Below are positions 57,566-64,000 of a DNA stretch of 64,000 nt, one piece after another. The DNA is taken from positions 128,001 to 192,000 of the forward strand of contig JBFWMA010000002.1 in NCBI GenBank assembly GCA_050251875.1, read 5' to 3'. Made by a program: the position numbers and the translations under genes. The DNA is from Deferribacterales bacterium. GTDB lineage: Bacteria > Chrysiogenota > Deferribacteres > Deferribacterales > Geovibrionaceae. The notes below the pieces were generated by a model. The model had not been told where the DNA came from. It worked only from the letters and a program-made list of their open reading frames with translations, and did not search any database. Position 1 is the stretch's first letter; each line of letters starts with the position of its first letter.

Positions 57566-58540
57566 TTATTTTTCCCGGGCTACCATGTAGTCCGCCAGAA
57601 AGTCGAGAGCGTCTCTGTACTGTGACGGTTCGAAGAGCTCCAGATTCTTTTTGGCTTCGGCGATGTATTCGTCCACCACAGCCTCGGAACGTTTTTTCAC
57701 GTCATACTTGTTCATCAGCCCGAGGATGTAGTTCAGGTTTTCGTCTGTGGCTTTTTCATCCACGATGATGTCCCTGATGCGTTTGTTCTCCTCCGGTGTG
57801 GCTGATTCCATCAGCTTTATCACGGGGAGGGTGATTTTTCCTTCGTTCAGATCGGTTCCTGGTTTTTTGCCTGTTTTTTCAGGATCGCCCAGATAGTCCA
57901 GAATGTCGTCAGCCATCTGAAAGGCTATTCCCAGAGTGGTTCCGAAATTTTTCATGGCTGTCTGTTTTTCCACAGGCTGTCCGCCCAGAATGGCGCCTAT
58001 CTCGCAGCATGCGGAGAACATTACGGCTGTTTTTGATATGATGATGCGGATGTAGTCATCGAATGATATTTTCACGTCCGCTGTTTTTATAAGCTGGAAT
58101 ACTTCTCCCTCGCTCATGGTTCTTGCCGCCACGGCAAGAAGCATCTGGATGCGGCTGTCGCCGTCTTTCACCAGATTCATGAAGGCTCTGGAATAGAGAA
58201 AATCTCCGCAGAGGACTGTTATGTCGTTTCCGAAGACTCTGTTGGCGCTCTCTTTTCCTCTTCTGTAGAGGGCTCCGTCTATCACGTCATCGTGAAGAAG
58301 GGTGGCTGTGTGGATATATTCCACCACGCCGGAGAGCGCGGCGCTTCTGGGTCCTGTGTATCCGCTCATGAGAGCCGACAGGATGAGAAAAACCGGTCTC
58401 AGTCTTTTTCCGCCGCTTTCAAAAACATATGAGGCGACTTCGTTAACCATTTTGACATCTGAGTCAAGGTTCGCTATGAGCTCTTTCTCCACAGCTTCCC
58501 TTTCGTTTTTCACCAGCGCCAGAACGTCATTAATGTTCAT
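57566..58540 (-). CDS. ispB: Polyprenyl (octa/heptaprenyl) diphosphate synthase
   Basis: GGKRLRP, LLHDDVID..RRG, FQMADDILD, GK..G.DL.EGK.TLP. Confidence 0.9.
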   Translation of the reverse strand: MNINDVLALVKNEREAVEKELIANLDSDVKMVNEVASYVFESGGKRLRPVFLILSALMSGYTGPRSAALSGVVEYIHTATLLHDDVIDGALYRRGKESANRVFGNDITVLCGDFLYSRAFMNLVKDGDSRIQMLLAVAARTMSEGEVFQLIKTADVKISFDDYIRIIISKTAVMFSACCEIGAILGGQPVEKQTAMKNFGTTLGIAFQMADDILDYLGDPEKTGKKPGTDLNEGKITLPVIKLMESATPEENKRIRDIIVDEKATDENLNYILGLMNKYDVKKRSEAVVDEYIAEAKKNLELFEPSQYRDALDFLADYMVAREK

Positions 58541-58656
58541 CTATTTTCCTCTGCAATTTTGAGTTGTTGAATTGTAAAATCGGAGTATATTGATACCGAT
58601 AACCGCACACACAGAATATACGATAATAAAATGCTTGTAAATAAAAAGGTATCAAA

Positions 58657-59331
58657 TTGAACGAGAGACAGTTGGAAGACAACCAATTAACCTATTATAA
58701 ATTGCTGGACGGTCTGCTTCTGAAATCCGGCGGGCGTGTCTGCGACTCTTCGTACAACAACTATATAACAGCTAAATATCTGGCGGATAAGAACCTGTTC
58801 GACACCATCTACACCCTGACATTCGACAGGCTGGAAACCACGGACAAGATAGTCCCTGTGAAGGTGGACATGTCCACAGCCCAGGCGATGCGCAGGCTGA
58901 GGGTGGACACCCACATATCGCTGGGCGGAACTTTTATGTTTCAGCCGGTGCACGATGTGGTGTATGCCCTGCACGGATCGCTGAATGTAGGCGGCAGGCT
59001 GGCGCTGGCTGTTTATCCGAATATCTATGATTCGCAGGGCAGGGATGTTCTGGCTATGCTGTCCGACCACGCACAGCAACCCGTGAAGGACAAGCTGAGG
59101 CGCTGGAGCGTCACGGTGGAAAATTCCATCCAGAACCTGTTCATGAACATCAAGACGGAGGAGATCATCTCCGACACATCCATACACGAGATCACATCAC
59201 TTTTCGGCAGCGAGAGCTTTCACCGCTTCATGTTTAAAAATGAGGTGGAGCACGAGATGTTTTTCGAACCGCTGAGCGATGAGCAGAAATACTATATGTC
59301 TTGGAAAATCATCAGGGGGTTGCGCATATGA
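58657..59331 (+). CDS. Hypothetical protein, possible degenerate class I methyltransferase fold
   Basis: 224 aa, TTG start, ATGA overlap with ridA; RVCD..., VDTHIS, L..SLNVGGRLAL patterns. Confidence 0.65.
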   Translation: MNERQLEDNQLTYYKLLDGLLLKSGGRVCDSSYNNYITAKYLADKNLFDTIYTLTFDRLETTDKIVPVKVDMSTAQAMRRLRVDTHISLGGTFMFQPVHDVVYALHGSLNVGGRLALAVYPNIYDSQGRDVLAMLSDHAQQPVKDKLRRWSVTVENSIQNLFMNIKTEEIISDTSIHEITSLFGSESFHRFMFKNEVEHEMFFEPLSDEQKYYMSWKIIRGLRI

Positions 59332-59705
59332 ACATTCCTTTTCAGACAGAGAGAGCGCCTGCGGCTATCGGACCTTACAGCCAGGCGATAATGACACAGA
59401 ACATGCTGTTCGTTTCCGGACAGATTCCGCTGGATCCGGAGACCATGAGAGTTGTGGAAGGCGGCATAACTGAGCAGACCAGAAGAGTTATGGAAAGCCT
59501 GATTGCCGTGGTGGAAGATGCCGGCTTCGATAAAAAAAGCATAGCGAAAGTGACGATATTCATTAAAAACATGGATGATTTCGGCACTATCAACGAAATA
59601 TACGCCGAATTTATGGGAGTATGGAGACCCGCCCGTGCTGTGGTGGAAGTCGCCAGACTGCCCAAAGACGTTCTCATAGAGATTGAGTGCGTCTGCGTCC
59701 GTTAA
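59328..59705 (+). CDS. ridA: RidA/YjgF-family enamine/imine deaminase
   Basis: APAAIGPYSQA, VSGQIP, RPARAVVEVARLPK..IEIE. Confidence 0.93.
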   Translation: MNIPFQTERAPAAIGPYSQAIMTQNMLFVSGQIPLDPETMRVVEGGITEQTRRVMESLIAVVEDAGFDKKSIAKVTIFIKNMDDFGTINEIYAEFMGVWRPARAVVEVARLPKDVLIEIECVCVR

Positions 59706-59716
59706 TATTAAATTAA

Positions 59717-59953
59717 GCGGAAATTCTTCCGTCCGTGGAGAATTTCCGCAAACGCTCCAATCGGCAATGCCTCGTTCCGCTCACGTTCCACTCATAAAAA
59801 CAGTAAACAGTTTTTATTCCCTCCACGGATTTCATCCATGAAATCAGACTGTATTTAACTATCGGGATAGCAACGTCTGCCGCCCGGTCTCCTAGCTATG
59901 ACGTTTCAGATTTACGTCATTGCGAGACAGCCGCGGGCTGGCGTGGCAATCTC
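59717..59953. repeat. Composite of palindromic repeats upstream of the EF-G paralog
   Basis: GCGGAAATTCT/AGAATTTCCGC (59717-59749); GATTTCAT-CC-ATGAAATC (59828-59845); inverted pair of CGTCATTGCGAG..CGTGGCAATCTC-like halves (59864-59903 and 59915-59953). Confidence 0.65.
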
Positions 59954-60071
59954 TGTATTTTCAAATGTGACTTTATCTTAAAAGTTTTCTTACAAAATTC
60001 CCCCCTTCTGTTGTTTAGGTCATTTCTCATGATATACTTAAATATTCCCACAGTTTCATGGAGGGTGACCT

Positions 60072-62132
60072 ATGGATATAAAGAAGATACGCAACATCGC
60101 ATTTATTTCGCATGGAGGGGCGGGTAAGACAAGTCTGGTTGAGACTATTCTGTTCAACGCCAAAGCCGTCAACAGGATAGGCAGTGTGGATAACGGAACC
60201 AGCGTCATGGATTTTGACCCTGTGGAGATCGAAAGACACCTCTCTCTTCATTCCAAAGTAAGCTCTATCGAGTGGCTCGAAACCCAGATAAACATCGTTG
60301 ATACCCCCGGATACGGTAACTTTCTTTACGAAACCAGAGCGGGACTGTCCGCTGTGGGCGGCGCTGTGGTTATCGCTTCTGCCATCACCGGTGTTAAGGC
60401 GGAGACACAGAGGGTCTGGAACTATGCCGCTGAGTTCGATCTTGCCAAGCTGATTTTTGTGAACAAGATGGATAAGGAGAGGGCGGATTTTTACCGTGCT
60501 CTCGGCGATATAGAAAAATCATTTAAAGTGGATCCCCTGCCTCTGTTTCTGCCCATCGGCAAAGAGGCTGATTTCAAAGGTATTATAGATCTGGTGAAAA
60601 TGAAGGCGTATATCTATCCCAGTGAGCCCACAGCGGCTTATTCCGTTGAGGATATCCCCGCCGATCTCATGCCGGAAGCGGAAAAATACAGGATAAAACT
60701 TCTGGAAGCGGTGAGCGAGACTGATGACGCTCTGATAGAAAAATATCTGGAAGAGGGCGAGCTGACAGAGGAGGAGATCACTCAGGGGCTCAGAGAGGGA
60801 ACTATCGCCAAAAGATTTATCCCTGTGATATGCGGCTCCGCTGTTAAAAATATCGGAAGCAAACTGCTTCTGGAGGCTATCATAAAATATCTGCCGTCAC
60901 CGCTGGAGCGTGAGCACAAGCTCGCCGTTCTGGAGGAGACAGGCGAAGAGATACATATCGATCCCAACGACAAGGAGTTCGCGGCATATGTCTTCAAGAC
61001 ATTCATAGACCCCTTCGCCGGAAAACTGACTATCTTCCGTGTTTATTCCGGAGAGATAACCAACGACAGCGAGGTATATAACTCCACCAGCCAGAAAAAA
61101 GAAAAAATATCCCAGCTCTATCTGCTTCAGGGAAAAAACCACATAAAAACAGACAAGCTGACAGCCGGGCAGATAGGCATGGTGAATAAGCTGAAATCCA
61201 CGGAAACATTCGACACTCTCTGCGATCCCAAGAGAAAAGTGATGTTTCCGAAATATAAACTCGCCGACCCTGTTCTGGCGTATTCCATCAAACCTAAGTC
61301 TAAAGATGACGAAGACAAGGTTTCTTCAGGCGTTCACAGGCTGATGGAGGAGGATGTTGGTCTGAGAGTGGCGAGAGACGAGCGCACAGGCGACCTGCTG
61401 GTGAAAGGTATGGGGCAGATGCACATAGAAGTGGTGGTGGAGAAGCTGAAAAACAAATTCGGCGTATCCGTTGAGCTGAAAGCTCCCAAAGTGCCCTATA
61501 TGGAGACCATCAGAAAACCCGCCAAAGGTCAGGGAAAATATAAGAAACAGTCCGGCGGACGAGGTCAGTACGGAGATGTTTTCATAGAGCTGGTGCCCAA
61601 CCCCGGCGGCGGATTCAAATTTGAAAACGCCATAGTGGGCGGCGCTGTGCCCAGACAATATATCCCCGCCGTAGAAAAAGGCATCATGGAGGCGTCCGAA
61701 GAGGGCGTTCTGGCGGGATGTCCGCTGATAGATTTTAAAGCGGTTCTTTATGACGGAAGCTACCACACGGTGGATTCCTCGGAGATGGCTTTCAATATTG
61801 CCGGCTCCATGGCATTTAAAAAGGTTGCATTGGATGCTAAACCTGTGTTACTTGAACCTATTATGAATATGGATGTTTTTGTCCCCGATGATATGACGGG
61901 CGCCGTGATAGGCGACCTGAACTCCAGACGGGGCAGGATCATGAACGTGGAGCCTGAGACCAACGGTCAGCACATCAGAAGTCAGGTCCCCATGTCTGAG
62001 GTCTTGAAATATGCGCCGGATTTGCGTAGTATGACAGGCGGACATGGTATGTTCACTATGGAGTTCTCACACTATGAAGAGCTTCCGTCCCATCTGTATG
62101 ATAAGGTTATCGAAGAACATAAAGGGGCATAG
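60072..62132 (+). CDS. fusA: Elongation factor G paralog (EF-G2-like)
   Basis: Full-length EF-G; SHGGAGKT, DTPG, NKMD, KKQSGGRGQYG, DGSYH.VDSSE. RHLSL replaces RGITI and the gene is outside the str operon. Confidence 0.92.
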   Translation: MDIKKIRNIAFISHGGAGKTSLVETILFNAKAVNRIGSVDNGTSVMDFDPVEIERHLSLHSKVSSIEWLETQINIVDTPGYGNFLYETRAGLSAVGGAVVIASAITGVKAETQRVWNYAAEFDLAKLIFVNKMDKERADFYRALGDIEKSFKVDPLPLFLPIGKEADFKGIIDLVKMKAYIYPSEPTAAYSVEDIPADLMPEAEKYRIKLLEAVSETDDALIEKYLEEGELTEEEITQGLREGTIAKRFIPVICGSAVKNIGSKLLLEAIIKYLPSPLEREHKLAVLEETGEEIHIDPNDKEFAAYVFKTFIDPFAGKLTIFRVYSGEITNDSEVYNSTSQKKEKISQLYLLQGKNHIKTDKLTAGQIGMVNKLKSTETFDTLCDPKRKVMFPKYKLADPVLAYSIKPKSKDDEDKVSSGVHRLMEEDVGLRVARDERTGDLLVKGMGQMHIEVVVEKLKNKFGVSVELKAPKVPYMETIRKPAKGQGKYKKQSGGRGQYGDVFIELVPNPGGGFKFENAIVGGAVPRQYIPAVEKGIMEASEEGVLAGCPLIDFKAVLYDGSYHTVDSSEMAFNIAGSMAFKKVALDAKPVLLEPIMNMDVFVPDDMTGAVIGDLNSRRGRIMNVEPETNGQHIRSQVPMSEVLKYAPDLRSMTGGHGMFTMEFSHYEELPSHLYDKVIEEHKGA

Positions 62133-62139
62133 TCTTTGA

Positions 62140-63060
62140 ATGAATGAAATAAACCTGCTGAGATATCATAACAGGAGCGCTCACGAGATACATATGCTCC
62201 TGAACGGCGAACTCACCGATGAGTTTTTCAGCCGTGTGGTCTCGATTCCCAGCAATAAGATTAAAAGGGCCAGACTGAGCCGTCTGGCCTTTTCCATGAC
62301 TCTGCTGCTTGCTTTTCTATGTTCACTCGCCCCATCCTATGTTATCTATACAAAACTCTTACCCCACAAGAGCTTATCTTCTGTTGACGGTGTTCAGAAA
62401 CATATAATAGAAGTGATGTCCGTTAAAATTAAGCCGAAAGAGCCGGAAAAACCCGACCCTCTGCTGAAAGAAGGTTACGCCAGAATAGGCGAGCTGGATG
62501 AGAAGGCGGACGGAAAAGGGTCTCAGGGACTTCTGGTTATATCCGACTATAAACCGGAGGAGAAGGCGGACACAGGCGAAAAGCCCGAAGAGATAATCAA
62601 GCCGATCACGGTGCCCGGAGAACCGGCGAAGAGAATTCCTGTCAGAGAACCGGAATTCATGCCTCTTTTTTCCGGCAATTTTAAGATACAGTTTTTTAAC
62701 CTGACCGAACAGGAACTGAGCTATGTGAAAACACTGGCTCAAAATAATGATCTGACTCTGACACAGATCGGATCGGACAAGATTGTGAAGACAAAATGGC
62801 TGGTGTATCTGCTTGATAACACGTCACCTGTCACTATATCCGGACGTAAAGTCAGATATGTAAAAAGCTATTCATCCAGTGACGCAGCCATGTCTTACCT
62901 GACCCGTAATAGTCTGAAAGGTTTAATAACAACAGACACTTCCGTTACCAACTTCTATGACATGCAGGTGTGCTGTCTGAGCGAGGAAGCGGCAGAGAAG
63001 CTCGCCAGAGGCAGCGGGGTCGGTATGGACAAAGTAAAAATTCTTAAAGACCAACAATAA
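62140..63060 (+). CDS. Hypothetical single-pass membrane protein
   Basis: 306-aa ORF with one TM near residues 50-70 and a Pro/Glu/Lys-rich linker; fills the gap between fusA and ihfA. Confidence 0.7.
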   Translation: MNEINLLRYHNRSAHEIHMLLNGELTDEFFSRVVSIPSNKIKRARLSRLAFSMTLLLAFLCSLAPSYVIYTKLLPHKSLSSVDGVQKHIIEVMSVKIKPKEPEKPDPLLKEGYARIGELDEKADGKGSQGLLVISDYKPEEKADTGEKPEEIIKPITVPGEPAKRIPVREPEFMPLFSGNFKIQFFNLTEQELSYVKTLAQNNDLTLTQIGSDKIVKTKWLVYLLDNTSPVTISGRKVRYVKSYSSSDAAMSYLTRNSLKGLITTDTSVTNFYDMQVCCLSEEAAEKLARGSGVGMDKVKILKDQQ

Positions 63061-63066
63061 AAAGCG

Positions 63067-63095
63067 TTGACGACAGCAATTTAAGCAGATAAACT
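63067..63095 (+). promoter_or_regulatory. Sigma70 promoter of ihfA
   Basis: TTGACG-N17-TAAACT, followed by GGAGG RBS. Confidence 0.7.
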
Positions 63096-63118
63096 CATAT
63101 GTAACGTGGAGGTATGCC

Positions 63119-63394
63119 ATGACTAAAGCTGATATAGTTGAGTTAATTCACGAGCGTCTCGGTCTTACTAAAAAAGATATCGCTAAAGTAGTTGACGAGC
63201 TGTTTACCGAGGTTCGTACAAAGATCCTTGAAAAAAACAATGTCAAAATATCCGGTTTCGGAAACTTCGAAGTTAAAAAGAGAGGACGCAGAATCGGACG
63301 CAACCCTAAAACAGGCGTTGAGACCGTTATCGAGCCCAGAACTGTTGTTGTTTTCAGACCCAGCCAGATATTCAAAGACGAGGTAAATGACTAA
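63119..63394 (+). CDS. ihfA: Integration host factor alpha / HU-family protein
   Basis: MTKADIVE, VKISGFGNF, GRNPKTG, VVFRPSQ; ihfA-merR synteny. Confidence 0.88.
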   Translation: MTKADIVELIHERLGLTKKDIAKVVDELFTEVRTKILEKNNVKISGFGNFEVKKRGRRIGRNPKTGVETVIEPRTVVVFRPSQIFKDEVND

Positions 63395-63701
63395 GCTCTA
63401 TTACAAAATAGGCGAAGTCTGCGAGCTTACCGGTCTTAGACCATCTGTCTTACGTTTTTGGGAAAAGGAATTTAAACAGCTTCGGCCTTCAAAATCAGGC
63501 GGCGGTCAGAGGTTTTATACCGAAAAGCACCTTGAGCTTGTTCGTCTGCTCATGAAAATGCTGTATGAAGAAAAATACACCATTGACGGGGCGAAGAAGA
63601 AACTTAAGGACGGTATGGTGGATGACGAACCGTCAGAACCATGTAAGCATGACGAGCTGAAGGCTGAACTTACTGATATATTGAATATTTTGAACTCCTG
63701 A
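63387..63701 (+). CDS. MerR-family HTH regulator
   Basis: YYKIGEV, SVLRFWEKEF..L.P.K..GGQR.Y, LYEEKYTIDGAKKKL. Confidence 0.9.
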   Translation: MTKLYYKIGEVCELTGLRPSVLRFWEKEFKQLRPSKSGGGQRFYTEKHLELVRLLMKMLYEEKYTIDGAKKKLKDGMVDDEPSEPCKHDELKAELTDILNILNS

Positions 63702-63720
63702 CATTGCTCAGGAGTTTTTT
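63693..63720 (+). terminator. Intrinsic terminator
   Basis: AACTCCTGA-CATTGC-TCAGGAGTT followed by TTTT. Confidence 0.75.
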
Positions 63721-63726
63721 GTTTAT

Positions 63727-64000
63727 ATGAAACCCGTCTATTACGAAATCAAACCCTCACCCCTTTTAGAGAAACACATCAAATGTTTCTGGGTTATGCG
63801 GGGCACTTTTTTATCCATTTCATCCTACCGGATTTTTCCTGACTGCTGCGCCGATATCATCTTTTCGCTTTTGGCTCCCGGAGATATTCATCTGGCTGAG
63901 CCGGATACCGGATATTACGATATCTCGCTGACAGGTGCCGTGCATGTGTGCGGTGTCAGATTTTTGCCCGGCGGCATGCAGGCGCTCAGCGGGACTGATG
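63727..64000 (+). CDS. AraC-family regulator N-terminal (DUF6597-like) domain, runs off the window
   Basis: Manual translation MKPVYYEIKPSPLLEKHIKCFW..RIFPDCCADIIF..VCGVRFLPGG; frame open to the window end. Confidence 0.75.
   Translation, partial: MKPVYYEIKPSPLLEKHIKCFWVMRGTFLSISSYRIFPDCCADIIFSLLAPGDIHLAEPDTGYYDISLTGAVHVCGVRFLPGGMQALSGTD

Noticed and set aside
63702..63730. tRNA-Pro that often follows ihfA-merR
   Set aside because: No cloverleaf or TTCGA T-loop is seen; a terminator and a new ORF follow directly.
63780..63830. Suspected frameshift in the T run of the last ORF
   Set aside because: Recounting gives ACT TTT TTA TCC, so the frame stays open into RIFPDCCADII.

Overview
A bacterial chromosome segment of about 50% GC with AT-rich intergenic regions. 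Gene content suggests an anaerobic Gram-negative organism, possibly Deferribacterales (inference, not verified). It is mostly housekeeping: a long-form GAPDH, proVWX plus a second proX, yicC-gmk-rpoZ-coaBC-udg, pfkA-pduO-yqeY-cvpA-mutS2, a complete trpEGDCFBA operon, prmA-rsmE-tadA, priA, an EF-G paralog and ihfA-merR. I found no rRNA, tRNA, CRISPR array, transposase, integrase or phage gene. The most interesting signals are: (1) a trp attenuator with an apparently leaderless WWW peptide and two tandem terminators that can be cross-paired in a relay; (2) an ispB/apbE/NusG-II/Gx-transporter cluster resembling the Listeria flavin-based electron-transfer genes; (3) an orphan ModA-like protein with a hybrid kinase whose receiver Asp and Hpt His are both substituted, followed by an HD-GYP regulator; (4) a double-NosL/FtsX-ABC/Cys-rich membrane protein operon with no nosZ in the window; (5) an anti-Shine-Dalgarno hairpin overlapping an antisense 19-aa ORF; (6) an HpnR-like B12 radical SAM gene with tandem palindromic operators and a TetR gene; (7) several probable leaderless genes and at least three families of intergenic palindromic repeats.
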